Assembly (NCBI GenBank): GCA_964234715.1
Contig: OZ174290.1
DNA: 64,000 nt
Strand: one strand, 5' to 3'
From: Podarcis melisellensis
Lineage: Eukaryota
The stretch's first letter is position 1. Every line of letters starts with the position of its first letter. Below are positions 38,801 through 53,469 of this stretch, one piece after another. Position numbers and translations under genes: made by a program. A model generated the notes under the pieces. That model was not told where the DNA came from, made no database searches, and was given only the letters and a program-made list of their open reading frames with translations.

Positions 38801-39526
38801 ACCTAAGACCTCTGAACTAGGGCACCCCCAACAGCTTCTCCTGAGCTTAAGCGTCTTAATGAGCCTTCATACCATACACCTCCCATTCTCCAGCACCTAC
38901 ACACCAGCACAGAGATTGCACCATAGTGCTAGCTGCAGGTCCAAGGATTGTCCCTTGAAGGATCTCTTCTACACATTCATGGGGGTAAAAGGTGGGGAGC
39001 CTGGAAAGGATAGTCAGAGTCCAGAAGGCTATAATTCAGGGATGGGGGATGTTGTTGTTAGATTTTCAGCAGTCCCAGCCAGTGGTCAGGGGTGATTGGC
39101 ACCAGAGTCCAACAACATATGGAGGCTACAGGTTCCCCATCCTTGATGCAAAGCCTATTTTGGAGTAAGGTTCTAGCACCCAGTGATCTGTCCATGGTAC
39201 TGAAAGCCTTGTATGTGTCCCTCTTGCATCTCCTGAATACCACATGTGCCTGTCTGTGACACTGAACATCATACTGAACTGTCTTTCCCAGGCTGCTTGC
39301 CAGATTCTCTGTCTCCTTGGCTGTCCATGGGCACTATACCCTCAGAATAGAGCAGAAACTGTCAACATTCTTAGAGGATGTTATGGCTCCATTTTAAGAA
39401 GACTGAACAGCTCAGCAAATGTGTTTTTTAAAAAAACCTTCATCATCTTGAGTACACAGGGCTGATTATATTGACAGCTACATATGTATGCATTTTACTA
39501 TGCAGGCGATGCCACAAGAGGCACAT

Positions 39527-39648
39527 GGGGTTGCATTCAACATTACTCCTATTTTTAGCAGACCCACTGAAATTAATGGAAATAATAAACTAAGGTCCAT
39601 TACCACCAATGGGTCTACTCCAAGTAGGACTTAGTTGGATGTAGCCTA
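39527..39648. repeat. ~120-bp palindromic MITE-like repeat; related copies at ~6495-6610 and ~12722-12820
   Basis: agacccactgaaattaatgga / tccatta...aatgggtct inverted core with ggttgcattcaac / gttggatgtagcc ends. Confidence 0.6.
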
Positions 39649-40129
39649 AGGTCATTTGGCTGGACTTCAAACTGAAATCAATATGAGCTATAAAAGGCCA
39701 CAACATTGGAAATTACAGAGAGAGAGAGAGAGAAACACACACAAAACAAACAAACAAACAAACAAACAAACAAAAAGTCTATTATGAAACTAGTGAGGTT
39801 CTTTGATCTCACAACTGTCCTTGAGAAGCAGTTCTGAAATTTTCCACAGCTCACAGTTAATTGAAACCTTCTGATCTCTAAGCTAAGCTTATCTTCCAAT
39901 TAACGAAGTTTGTGTGTCAACAAACAAATTTTGGTTTTTAACACATCACAGTTTCAGGCAACTTGCTTTCCTCCTACTCTCTTGTTTCTCCTCTCTCACA
40001 CCCATGTTGTGTTAACTCTTCTGATGAGTTAAATGTAATCATGCCAAATATCAGTTAATTGATAACCAACACAGGCTTCCTTTTCCACAGATACTTGCAT
40101 GAGCACATGGTCAGAAGAAGTGCTTCTGG

Positions 40130-40290
40130 ATATTAGGCGCTGGAAACTGCACAAGGGGAAAGTGTGCTTGTGTTGGAATCATGCTTGAGAGTTTCCCATA
40201 AGCATCTGGTTGGTCACTGTGAGAACAGGATGGTGGACTAGATGGGCCTTTGGCATGATCCAGCAGGCTCTTCTGGTGTACTTATGGGTG
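40130..40290 (+). mobile_element. CR1 3' tail fragment (older family)
   Basis: tttcccataagcatctggttggtcactgtgagaacaggatggtggactagatgggcc...gatccagcaggctcttc. Confidence 0.7.
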
Positions 40291-43200
40291 GTGTTATGGC
40301 CTACAGAGAGGTCTAAGGGCCACATAGATAAGCCCTGGGGGGCACATCTGGCCCTCAGCACTGAGGTTCTGCAACCATGGTTTATAACAGCCTTTCAGTA
40401 CTCTAATATTTTCTACATTTTTTTTAATCAACAGGGAACTTCGATCGATAATATAGCTACCATGCCCAAGGACATCTGGGCAGGTATGTAGCAGAGAAGG
40501 AAACTGAACTGTGATCACCCTCATCTACTTACAACATGGTACCCAATGAACTACACCATTACTCATTATCTGCTAATTGTTCAGTAGACACCTTTCACCT
40601 AAAATCTCCAAGTGGCATGCTTTTCCTTTGTCTGTACCCCTGCCCATATTTCCTCCACCCTATAGCTCTGCTTCTCCAGTACGTGCCCTTATGTATATCT
40701 TCCTCTTCCACATGCTGATATGGAGGCGAACGAAAACCCTTCAAGGTCCAATGAACACATCAGCCAACTCGGCTGAAAAGAGAGGGGGGGGAGGAGGACT
40801 ACAGGCATGCTAATGAGAGACTAGGACAGGAGCCTCTGTCCCAGCTATTATTAGAAACACTTCACTAGAGGGTGAAGAATGGGAGATGGAGATGGCTGCA
40901 CTTGCTTTCTGGGATGCTGCTGTCCTGCTTACTGGACCATTAAACGCTGAGCAGACGGAACGGCAGGCCTGTGTGAATATTAATGACAGTGGGACATCTG
41001 CAGGGAGACCAGAAACTACATGCCAGCACTTGACCTACCTAGATAAAGCACAACCGTGTTCGTTTATCACATTTTTATCCCACCTTGCCTCTGATGAGCT
41101 CATGGTCAGGAATCAAGGGATTTCTATTTTCATCCTTATAGCCAGCCCAGGGGCAGTGGTGGACTTTGGGCCCTCAAATTTTAGTGGCACCCTGTGCAAC
41201 ACTAAAATTTGGGACCCCCCACCTCCCACACTCCATTCTACAACATTGTTTTGGTGCCCCCTGTAGCATGGCACTTAAAACTTCCTCTGCCAGGGGTGGC
41301 ACTCCCTAGAGTCTTCCTCCACCTTACTGTAGATTCAGTATTGCCCAACATGGAGGTAGATGTGGACAGAACTAGAGTCAGTTGCCTCTGCCTGCCTCTG
41401 GTTCTGTTGCCACCTACTATTGGGCTCCCTGCCTTCCGCCCCACCAGTCCAAATGGGCACAAGCCACCACTGTGTTTAACTGTCCCTTTTCTGGTGTCCC
41501 ATTCATCACCAGATATGTTTCTAGTAGTGCTGTTTCTGAAGTTATCAAAGCTAAACATTAATTACCCCACTGCATTGTGTGTGTGTGTGTGTGTGTGTAT
41601 CCCTCCCCATCATTCCATGTTTCATAAATATTATATTAGCATGAGCTCTAATAACGTGTCAATTACTTATAGTACTTTGCAGCTGCCACGTGTAATACTT
41701 CTATAGATAAGAAAAAAATTCAAAGTCCTGCATTCACATTAAACAGCTAATTAACAACCTAATCCTTAGGGTTTATTTGTTCGCTGTTACGTAACTTATT
41801 TTAATGAAACTTGTGATTACTTGACAATATTCAATTAAAAAATAATTAAAATCTAATTTGAAACTTGCCCCCAAATCAAATTAATATTTATTTTTCAGTT
41901 TGCGTTGGAGCCTATAACCGGTTTTTATGTATGCATTCTACAGCACACACACAAAAGTACAAATTTTGAAACATTAAAGTTGAGTTTTTGAAACATTGAG
42001 GGCAAACTTTGTTTTAAGCAAAGCTGGGGGGAGGGTAGGCAAATCCTGAGGATCATACCTTTAAATATGAAGTGTCTAGGGAGACAGAAAATTGCTTCAG
42101 TTCACATTTAACGGCAAACCTATCTAAGTTGCAACTCTTTAAAAAAATGCAAACCAGAATACAGCCATCCTTCAAAATCTGCCCTTTTGCAAAGCAGTTC
42201 TCTTGTCCAAGTAACACTTACAGAAATGCATGTACTTGGGTAAAGTGTGCACAGAAATGCATATATTAAGAAAAACAACATAGGAAATGCATTGTTTAGG
42301 GGAGACTGCTTTGCAAGAAAGAGCAAACTGGGCAAAAATTGCATACAAAAATATGTCTATTTGAAGAATTTCACACTAGGATGCTGGGAAAGGGCACCAC
42401 TATAACTTTAATAAAAGTTTCAAACTGATGTGGAAAATTGAAGAGCAGAAAAATAAGAAACTGAGAGGAACCAAAATTGAGAGTTTAGCCTATCTTTAGA
42501 GGTGTCTAAAGGTTAGTCTTTCAGAGAAAGAGAAAGAGAAAGAGAAAGAAAAGAGAAATATACAGTATACTGGGGTAGTGAGAGAAAGTTAAACACTACC
42601 CTAATCTCTGAACGGTGAGAGATTCCAGGGGTTGTGTGTTTACCAAAGGTTTAGTTTCCTCAAAAAGAAAATCAGTGGAGACTGGTGTCTTTAAGAGATA
42701 TGTTTTATTTACACACACATATATGCAACCTGAGCATAGGATGGAGGGTCTCAGAGCACAAACACCCCATAAGTTCTCGCTTCTCCATTACTCACAGCTT
42801 TGCATCCAGCACAAAGCAAGACACGTTTCTGGCCCCAGTTCTTGCAGCATCTCCCCTGACTTACAGCTCTCTCACTTAGCAACTCTCCAGCCCACTTCTC
42901 CTTTTTGCCCTTCAAACCACCTTATCCCTTTGAATTGCTCACCAGGGCACTAGGGTGGCCTTCTGGTCTTCATCCACAAAGAAACTTGCCTGGCTGGTTC
43001 CTCAGTGCCATCTCAAGCAGCTGTTTGCCCATTCCAGCAGGGGGGTACACTTTGGTCTTTCAAATTTCAATAGTGCCCTGTGTGAGACCAAAATACCCCC
43101 TGCTCACCTCTCATCTTACATTCTGCTCAGTTCACTATGTCATAGTTCTGATGTCCCGTGGTGCTCCCTAAACTTGGTGCCCAGTGTGGTTGAACTGGAC

Positions 43201-46200
43201 ATGCTGCCCTAAATCCACCTCTGATTCCAGGGACACTTCTCCCATGAAAACAATGCAATGTTGTGATATAACTCCATTTCGAAGGGTCCAGGTGGGCTGT
43301 GAATGCTCTTGCTATGTTGCATGGTCTCTCCTGACTCCCCTTTGCATTCTGCTCCTGAGAAGAACATTCATGAGGCACATAAGGAGATTTGAAACCCCAC
43401 CTCTGGGTTTGCCTAGTGACTTGCAACAGAAGGATCATTGCTGGCTCTGCGGCTGGTCAAGGTTAGCATGCCCCTAAGACATGCCTGCAGAAACTGACCA
43501 GGCCAGCAGCTGAAACAGACATCAATACTGGCAAATGTCCTTCCATGCATCTGAAGGCAGCCAGCTAGCTTACGGGGCCCAGGGCAGTAGTTAGGACACA
43601 CCCATTTCCTGCACAGAGCCATAGTTTTCAGAGTGGTTTAGCAACCATCCCTCTTCATGTTGAACTCTTGGAATTGTAGCTCTGAGAGGGGAATAGAGGT
43701 CTCCCGATAAATCTCAGCGCCTTTAACAAACTGCAGTTCCCAGAATTCTTTGTGGTTAGCCATGGCTGTTTAAAGTTATATCCTAGTGCTTTGAATGTAT
43801 GATATGAATGTCATTTCAGTATAACACAACTTCCTATGTATGAGGACAAGGCATTTAAGACAGTCTAATTCATCCTACTTCTAGCCTCATCCAATGTCCT
43901 TTCTATGACACTCACAATGTACACACTCCAAACCAGGTGCAGCTCCAGAGCCTGAAATGTGATGTACGTGTTTGCAGGACAATGAAAACAAAAATAACTA
44001 TCCATATAATTGTGAGCATCCCTGAAAAACCTTCAATTTGTGCTCTTGAGTGAGGGTTTGTGCCTGGTTATTTTCTCTGAACCAATTTGACAATCACTAG
44101 ATAGAGGATTGCTGACAATTGATAGCCCAATAAGCCTCTGAACAGTCAAGGCTCTTGATCTCCAGCCCAACCTAGGGGGGAAAGGCATCCTCAGCGGGTG
44201 GCAAGCCTGCTTTGCTGAGGCCCCCTCTAATTGCACTTGCACCCAGGGAAGCTAATAGGGTCTAGTCTTGCTAGCTAGAGATTTTTCTCCTGTCACCCAC
44301 AGGGAGAACTAGATTGCAGAGGCTTTAAAGCAACAAATAATAATAAAAAACTTTCCCCCCCTCCAAATGGTAAATCCCCAAAGTTTCTTTCACTTCTTCT
44401 GCTTCTTTTTTCTTCACTTTGACCTTACTGTGTCAGAAAGATTGATAAAAACTAAACAAAAAACCCACACCAACCCTCCAGGTTTGCCCAGAGAAAGACG
44501 ACATGGCATGTTTTATCTCCTTAGCAATGAGCTTCAAAGGGCTTGAACCAGTAAATCAAAGATAATCAAATACCGGCTTTGGAGGGTGCTTTGGGCTAAA
44601 CAATTCCTTGGAAAGAGAGAGACTGTGATGCATGCAGCTCTCTAGAGATGAATGCTGGCTCATATTCATACAGGTGCTCAATGCTACAGCCATGGAATAA
44701 AACCTGGGACTCACACATCACTTGTACAATAATAGTCACATTATCCCATATGCAGACCAAGGCTACATTTCCTTCTGGGCTCATGATAGGCCATGAAATA
44801 AGCAAAAGTGGCTAGAGCAACAAATGTAAAAAATACCTTTGTACTGTAGGCCTGTGTCTACATGTCCCCTCCTGTTCTCTATTCAGGAAAGCATGAAACA
44901 GGTGTGGCCTGGAGAGAGTCCCAAGGGCCAGAAAGAGCGATCCGGAGAGCCACATTTCATTCCTGCTACCCTCCGCAACCCAAGGTTCCGCACCCCTGCA
45001 GTATAGCTTTGGCAAATCACAGTTGGTCAGGAATCACAGAATCATAGAATTGTAGAGCTGGAAGGGACCCAAAGTGTCATCCAGCCTACCCCCATGTAAT
45101 GCATGAATCACAGCTAAACCACATGAAAACAGATACATTGGGATGTGGTTTCAGCATCAGCTTGGGCAAAATGAGGAAACAACAGGAGAACTGGTCAGAC
45201 TAGGTGGAGCCAGTTTCAATAACGGCAAAGGCAACTAATTCTGGTTTTGCCCCTGCCACTCCTTGCTGAGTTATACAAGGGTCAATCCTGAAACTAAGGA
45301 GTTAGAGGAGGAAGCTGGCAGGCAGTGTCACGCCCTGGGCTGGTTGTAAGTAAGAAGATGGGCAGGTGGCAGGCTAGCTGAGGAAGAGTGAGATTGCCAC
45401 ATGGATCTCTTTCCTGAGGTTGATGGAGCACTATTGCTTCTGCCTTGATGGACCAGCCTACACTGATAGTCGGTGTGCCTCCATTTGTAAAAACCAAACC
45501 AGCAGGTTTTTTCACACTACTGATGCAAAGAGGAAAACTCATAAAGGTTGATGAACAAATAAAATACATGGCTCACGTTTTGCACACAAGGCACTGTTGC
45601 CAACAACCAAATCATATCCTTTTAATGTGCCCCCCTCCCTTTGAGAGAAAGCTGTGGGCCAAATACCAGGCTATGCATATGCCTCTCGCTTCAAGCAGAC
45701 ATCAGCCAAACCGTCATGTGAACATTCTCTCTGGATGTGGCAGCAGCTTGTTCACGTCTCACTTGATGCGGTGTTTTTGCATGTGGGTGTGACATGATGT
45801 GGAAGATGGAAGGTTTTCCAGAAGGAATATTTGTAGCTCATCACACACTAGACTTAAGTGCATGTGAGAGAGAAACAGACTCTGTGTAGGTATGAAAGTC
45901 CTGTGGCTGTCTCTGAATTGCAAGAGGAGCATGGTTAAATCCATGAATAGTTTTCTTGATGTGCTCACTCAGGCTATGACGGCTCATTGTTCACTTGTCT
46001 AAGATTTTTCACTCCAGCAGGGATGACTCCAGACTAACGGGCACCCCAGGCAGAAAAGCTCTGTGGACCCCTTTCACTTGTTCATATTTTGAATGCCTTA
46101 TTTTTATTGCATGTCTACCCATTTTCACAAACTCATTTTCATGCATTATTTATCCATCCTATACAGTGATAAATTTGCACACTCTGGACATGAGTTGAGG

Positions 46201-48040
46201 GACCCTTTCATTCTCTCAAGTCTTGAGTAATCCTGATTTGACATCTTGAGATGTACCTGCACACATGAACCAGCAATTAGTGTGTGCATTTTCCAAGCAA
46301 GAATATAATTTGCTCCTCCTGAATCTTTTCCTTTTGGCATCCCCTAAAAAACATGGCACAGGGGTATATTAAAATCCAGGGCCACAGATTGAGCCAAGAG
46401 GAATGGAACTGATTTAACAAAATTGCCAAGGGAATGTTTATTCAATCCAATTTGTGAAGCACATCAGTAGGGAAGTAATTTGATGACCTTGCTGTTCGTT
46501 CAAGAGCCGATTGGCCTGCTTTGGAAGTTGCCAGCTCAAAGCAATATGTCATATGAGCCACAAGACTGTTGCAAACATCAGCGTTGAGCTGGCTTTGTCA
46601 CCAGAAATCCATTTTTGGGATTGGCTGTTCTGGCAGCAATAGATCTCCCTGCCAATTGAAAAGCTGGACATAAATCCAGCCACGGAAGCAGGCAACCCTG
46701 TCAGAGTGGTGTAATCTGCAGAAGTAGGACATATTTATTTGTAAACAAAAGCTTCTTATAGGATTCTGAAAGATGGATGCAAAATCTACTAGGCTGCACT
46801 ACACTTGAGCTTTTCAAGATCCAGGGATTCTACCGTTAAGGCAAAGAAACTCAAGCGACACAGCCTGGCTGACAATCTTGAGTCCCATATAGGTCACTGT
46901 ATTTCACTCACCTAAGATGACAAGGAGTGGTGCCATCAGAATAGGACATTAGGACATGAATCCAGGGCCCTGCTCAGCAGGCTGAGCAGAAGCCCCTCTC
47001 CCACACCCTGCCAATACAGCAGGGCTGATGTACCACCTTTGGAAGTTAAGATGTAATATTGCCATCTAAAGATAGCTCCTCTCTACATAAAGACCATTAA
47101 GCCCAGAGCCCAAGAAGACCTAACTTCATCACAGCTGACAACTCTTCCATTGCCTACATCAGCATTCACCAATGGGTAGGTCTTGCTCCCTATGGGATTT
47201 TTAGCTGCTCCCACTAGTTCTATCAATTTTTAACTAGGGATGAGTATATGTCTTCCATTATATTCCTTTATTGTTGGATGTGTTCACTCAGTCCCATGCT
47301 CTGTGGCGGGGTGGGGGTGAATTTCAATTTGCATTTTAATAAGAAACAACCTAATTTGCACTTCTTCAACCAAAGTGTGAAGTGAAAGACAACTATCCTT
47401 TTGAAATTTGCACTTCTCTGCATTTTACAATGCAGTTTTCCCACCCAACAATGTGTAAAAGATATTGCATATATTAATCAGAAGTGTGCATAGAACAAAC
47501 ACAGCTCATGTCTGATATGCTATGGGAGTGAGATCCATGTCTGCAAAACTCTGTGCAAAATTCTGAAATATAATAAAGAAAACATGTCTCTTAATGGAAG
47601 AGAATTTTATTTGGTCCACATTTTTAAGTAAGCTGATAAAATCATGTGTATTTTTTGTCTGCAATTATCTGTCAGATTTCTCACTTCTCTAAAAATTGCA
47701 GAATAGTTCTCATCTTAAAAAAAAAACCCACACATATACAAATGTGTTAAAATGCATATTTTAGGATAAAATATATTTAGAAATGCTTGCAATGAGATAA
47801 AATACAACTTTTGGGGTGTGTGTTTTCCAAATCATAGATTAATGCAGAAACATAACAGCATGAATGAAACTGTCTGAACACATGTGAAAGTCATCCTTGT
47901 TGTCAGTTCCATTGTGGAACTGAAGAAGATCAGTTAATTCAAAACTTCAAATTCCTTGGAGAAATTCAGCATTTCAGGCAAATCCCTTTAACTGTGTTTC
48001 ATTAGTAAAGAAAATGGCGAGATATGTCAAAGCTGTAAAT

Positions 48041-48063
48041 TATATATATATATATATACACAT

Positions 48064-48098
<35 letters not shown>
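48041..48098. repeat. Compound (TA)n(CA)n(TA)n microsatellite
   Basis: Direct reading of the sequence. Confidence 0.9.
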
Positions 48099-48939
48099 CT
48101 CTGCATATTTCAATTTTATATTTCTCTTTTAGTTTCATACTTATTATCTAAATGAACACACATTGCTCTATAAATGTGAGCTTTGGCATTCATTTTAATA
48201 GGAAGTCTGGTTGTTCATGAGGAAAGAAATTAATGCAATAATACCAACAGCCCTGTCCTCTGTCTTGTGAATGGATTGGTCCACAGGCATAGAGAAAGTG
48301 ACCAACCTCTAGCTTATAGAATCACTTAGCCCAAAGATCCCCTCATCATGGCATCAGGGTGGTTACACATGCTCTCACTTTTAATACTGCTTGCACCTGG
48401 GAAAGTTTCAGGATGAACACACTGCTATGTTTCCAATCAGTGCATGATCTATAGATTCTTGCCAGAATCCTGTAACTTTCCATACTACAGTGGTCATCTC
48501 TGTGTGTAGTGTTTATGTTGCATTGACTATAGCATAAGAGTTGCCCCTCCAGATAGCAATAATGCAGTAACATCGGGGAACCATTGCAGAACAACAAATA
48601 AAGCAGAATGACTGTGTGGACAGTCTAGTATAAATCTACCACTCATTCACAATTATTCCATTAATTGCCCATTGTGGAAAATACATGCAAAAACACAGCA
48701 ACTCGGTCTGAACTGGATTATAGGGTTTAAAACTTGATTATTTTGTTCTGTTCACTGTCTAGGATTCCTGCAGAATGATGGGCATATAAACCAGTGTAAC
48801 CATTGGCTACACTGGATGAGGCTGATAGGATCTGAACCAACAACATCTGAAGGGCTGTGCCTGTCACACAAGTTTTAGGGATAAGCTGCTGACTACCTTT
48901 CTCAGGTGCAAGTCTGGGCTCAGCAAAGGATCTTTGCAG

Positions 48940-49380
48940 GCCTGCAGTGGGTCGGCCTGCCAATTTTATTGCGGCTTCCCACCACTCTGAGCCGTTCATT
49001 TATTTTCCGACTTCCAATACACTAAGGACTTTGAGGTTGCGTGTTCAGCTGATTGCTTTCCAAGAGTCAAATGACACTTTCTTAACCGTTGCCTGTCGTG
49101 ACAGCTTTTACCTTGAGGTTCTGGTGGTAATTGCCATTAATTGCTACAGGAGATGGAAGAAGCATCAGGGCCACAAATCTCGCTGCATGACGGAGCAAAT
49201 GCTTCGGCTGCTCGGCGAAGCCTGATATGCTGTGACACGGTAAAGTGCCCCGCGGGCTTTTATCCTCTGCTCAACTCAGTTTGCATCCCATCCGTTCCCC
49301 AAATTAGATCAGAAAATAACTCTCTCTCCGCTGACTGTTTTCTTTCTCCGCCGAGCTCGGGTTGATTAACTTGGAACCCT
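48940..49380. promoter_or_regulatory. CpG-retaining repeat-free block, candidate enhancer/CNE (may include a 90-nt exon)
   Basis: High CpG density relative to flanks; gtaattgccattaattg, gtgacag and gttgattaa motifs. Confidence 0.4.
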
Positions 49381-50327
49381 TGAGCACAGATGCTAAAGTC
49401 ACGTTGTTGGTGTCCACAGATGGACTGTTGGTAGTATTTGGGACACAGACACCAGTAGCTCCTCAGGGGATCTAGGGGGCTTACTTGAACGTCAAGGGAG
49501 GTAACATCCCTGAGCCAGCTGCATTCTGGTGACCCTGTTTGCTTGTATGAATTATGTTTAAGTCCTTTGTATTGCTTAGATTTGGGGCAGGTGACATCAC
49601 TGTGCAAGCAGAAAAGAGGCTGGTATTGCTAGATGCTTCCTGCCAAAAAAAACTATCTGACTAGATCGAATACATGTGTACAAGTCAGCCCACATTCATT
49701 ACTAGCTCACAATGCTGCAATGACAATAGTTGCCACTATCAAAATTTCCCTTGGGTCCAATGTACAGGCCACAACAGCCCTGCTAGGATCTTAAATGTAG
49801 ACCTAGCAACCATAGCCTCACATGGTTACATGGCCCAGGACCTCCAGCCTTCCAATCACCCGCTGCCATTTTATGTTCTCTGGGGTGGAAATGACTAGGC
49901 TGTGGTCCTCCATATGCTAAGAAACTACAATTCCTATCAAACCAAACCATTTCCCCATGGTGGCTGAGACTGAAGGGAGTTGTACTCTAGGAATAATTGG
50001 AGGGCCACAGTATAGCCCACCCTTGCTCTATGTAATGGTTCACCTCAATGAAATGACATTATCCCCTTTCCTCACAGAGATTGGACTACAAATATTATGG
50101 GAGCTTAGTTTCCACGACCCCTTTCCCCTGCATTTAGCTTTTAGGAGACAGCAACTGGAAAACCCTAGTCCACAAGATGAGATGAGGAACAATCATGACT
50201 ATGGCACCATTTATTTCACAATAGCCTCCATGTTTGCTGCTGATCGGTTGTATCTCTGTGCCACTTTCTGCTCAAATGAATCCTAAAGTGGCTTTCAATC
50301 AATTAACAACATAGTTAAAGCATAAGT

Positions 50328-50732
50328 AGGGATGGATGAATCTGTCTTTTTTCATTTCTCTCAGTTTCTAATTCCTCCAGTCTTAAATTCACTCCTCCAC
50401 ACTCTGAAGCAATCTGTGATTTAAAAAAAAGAAATACCTTATGAATATTCTTTAGCGTTTTTGTGCAAATTTCTAACAAACACATTTCTCTGTGCAGTTT
50501 TCCAAAATACATATATTTTTTAATCAACTTCCCCTCATATTATGCATTTTAATGTTATTTTCACTAATATATGTGGGGATTTTGCACATTGGCTGGCTGA
50601 AGAACTGCATTGAAAAATTCAGAAAAGTGTTAATTGAAAAGGATGGCTCTCTCTGCATATAGTTTGTATAAGTGCAGATTTGCTAAGTTTTCCTTTAAAA
50701 GTGAACTGAACCAAATTTCTCCTGCATTCCTA
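50328..50732. repeat. Unclassified AT-rich interspersed repeat; related copies at ~50950-51292 (same strand), ~42080-42500 and ~47310-47500 (opposite strand)
   Basis: Shared gttattttcactaa, ttggctgg..aagaactgc, agaa.agtg and tgaactga.ccaa.tttctcc segments. Confidence 0.65.
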
Positions 50733-52853
50733 AGCACAAATTATAATTAAGAATTAATAAATCCACGACTAATTATGATCATTGAAACAATACTAACTGA
50801 AGTGTAGCTAAAAGTAAATGTTACATTGGGACGTTCATCCACTACATGGACACACTAGATCAATCATTCACTGTACTCAGTTCACGAAAATATGCAACCA
50901 GCATGCAAGAAGACCCTTAAGTTCAATTTTCCACATGACCACATCACCTTGCATTTTTTTAAAAAGTTGTCATGAAAATTCATGAGCAGTTTAGTGTTTC
51001 TCCTAGTGCATTTTCAATGCAAATTTGTCTAATATATATACATTTCTACAAACAATTTCCCGTGGTATACTGCATTTTTGTCTGTTATTTTCACTAAATA
51101 TACACATTTATGCACACTTGCCCCTAGTACAAGCATATTTGTACACATTACTTGGCTGGAGAACTGCCCTGCAGAATTAGAAGAAGTGCACATTTTGAAA
51201 AATGGCCGTGTTTCAGTCTACATATTGTTTAGTGTGAATTAGGGAGATTCATCTTTTCAATGTGAACTGACTCCAATTTCTCCCCCATCCTTACTCCATA
51301 CTCCCTCCTTTCAGAACCTGTACTCTGAGAAGCACGACCATGCAACCTCCACAAACAGTAACAACATACAACCACAAACAAAGGGAGCTATAGTATATCC
51401 TTGTAGCTATAAGCTGGTGAAATTCAGATAACACATTTAATGGAAGATCCATTTTGGGAACTCCTTTTTACATCTGAATGAAATGTCCATAAGTCAAAAA
51501 GGGGTCAAAATGGGTCTGGTTTTTCTTTTAAAAAAACCCCTCTGCTGGATCAGGTCAATGGCCCATCTAGTCCTGTATCCTGCTCTCACCAGTTACAGGA
51601 AGTTCGTAGCCCTGTCCCCCCTGTGATTCCAGAGGTCTCAGAATACTAGAGGTTAAACTAAATCCAGAATGCACTGGGTGGGGTTGAGTGTAAACACAGA
51701 ATGTCCTTCTAATGTTTTTTCTGCCAGATCCATTCCAAACTGGAACTGAGGGATATTATCCACCCTATTTTCTAAATGTTCCAGCAATGCTCTTATCTGC
51801 AAAATTACAGCATCTCATCAGCACTCTGTGTGGATCTCTTGTTTTGGGTCAGCTACTCAGGATGCTCATGGCATCATACTTATTAAAAGCCTTTCAGATC
51901 CAAGGCATATAGTCAGCTTAATCACAGCTCATGGACAGGTGCCACCGTGCGGGCCTGCGTCTTGAATACACCCAGATGTTTGCAAAAAGAAATGCAAGAA
52001 GAGAGCTGGTTCCTGGGTCTGGAACTGTACTAATTTATCGGCTTCCACTAACAACTGCCAATTGCCTTGCGAGGGAAGGAAGTAATATCTCAAGGTTATG
52101 ATGTCGTCAGATGGCCGTATTTTATATCGCACGCTGGCAACAAAGCGGGCAGGGGAAGGAAATGTTTGAAATTACTTCTTCTTTCACACAACATATCCTA
52201 GAAAGAATGACATGCAGCATGCAAATGAATTAATGCCACCTCGATCATCTGTGCACCACTTTGAATGAACAAAAAGGGCAGAGAAATGTATTGTTCCATA
52301 CTCCCCACCCCCCTGAGTGGAAGGCATTTCAAAGGCAGCCTGTTTTTTAAAAAACCAGCAAACAAAAAAACCAAACCATTGCATCTTGCTTATGGGAAAG
52401 GAATGGTAGAAGCTTACAGCATTTTCTGTATTATTGGTTCATTTAAGCATGGCTGGGGAGCCTTAGGCCTTGGGGCTGCATGTGACCCTCTCGGTCCCTC
52501 TCTTGTGATTTGTTTCCTCTTGGGATTTGTTTCTCCTGCTTTGAAATGCCTCTTGCTTGACTGGATTGAGGATAACGAGAGGTGTGTGAGTGTATGCAGA
52601 AATTAGCTTACTGTAAAAAGTATAAAAAATTACATTCATTGCTTGGAGGTTTCCCATCTGGTGGCTCCTACCACGCTTCTGCCTCTAGCCAGTCCATGGC
52701 ATAAGCCTCACATTTCATGTTGCTTCATCAATAGAGGCTGATGAATGAAAGGAGGATTCCATGCCATGTGAATTATTTGTCTGTGCAGAAGCTGGAAATG
52801 ATAGTCATCCTAGATACATTGAAATGTATAGAACTACACCTGGGGCATCGTGC

Positions 52854-53248
52854 AAACCCAGACAATTGTCCCATTCCTCTCTCTCTCTCAATTTAGATTC
52901 TACACATCAGATATCACATTTGGAGGTTGGCCAACAGCATAGGATCTATTTTTTCCTTCTATTCTCAACTAGGAAGGGATGCCCACTTCTTTATAATTGC
53001 ATTCTCACATCTAATTATAAACCCCTCCGTTCTGTGATGCCAGCAAAGCACTTGACAATGATTAAGAAACCCTTAGTCTGTAATCTTTTATTTTGGCAAT
53101 TTTAATGATTGCTTTTCAGTGACCTTTCTTTAATCTGGTCATCAGCTGAGATTTTGCTCCAGCAATATCTACATTTCTCACCTGATACCTATTCTTTATT
53201 TTCACTCTGGCTAGGACATGTCTTTTACCAGCTTCCATAAAGAAGGCT
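52854..53248 (+). repeat. Diverged direct repeat, copy A (pair of 54722-55094)
   Basis: Hand alignment of 52992-53070 with 54851-54929 gives 63/79 ungapped identities; further anchors aaacccag, gtcccattcct, ccaacagca, gtgaccttt, tttaatctg, tcactctggc and ttccataaa. Confidence 0.85.
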
Positions 53249-53469
53249 TACTTACGACAGACAGGCTCTTGGTCTGCCTCCTGGTGACCCACCAACCAGT
53301 GACAGATTGTGAGACCATCAGCCAATCAGGAGATAGAGAGGCAGAGTCTTAAGTTAGAAGCTGACAGTTTAATGGTCAGATAAGGACTTTCTGAACGGAT
53401 AAGTCAGAGCCCAGACCCATCTTGTGCTACTCATAATGCTCTTTGGGTGAGTGTTGGTGTACACTATTC

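Noticed and set aside
40886-41706. Overlapping 126- and 165-aa ORFs
   Set aside because: They run through repeat fragments and a (TG)n tract; no recognisable domain or splice structure.
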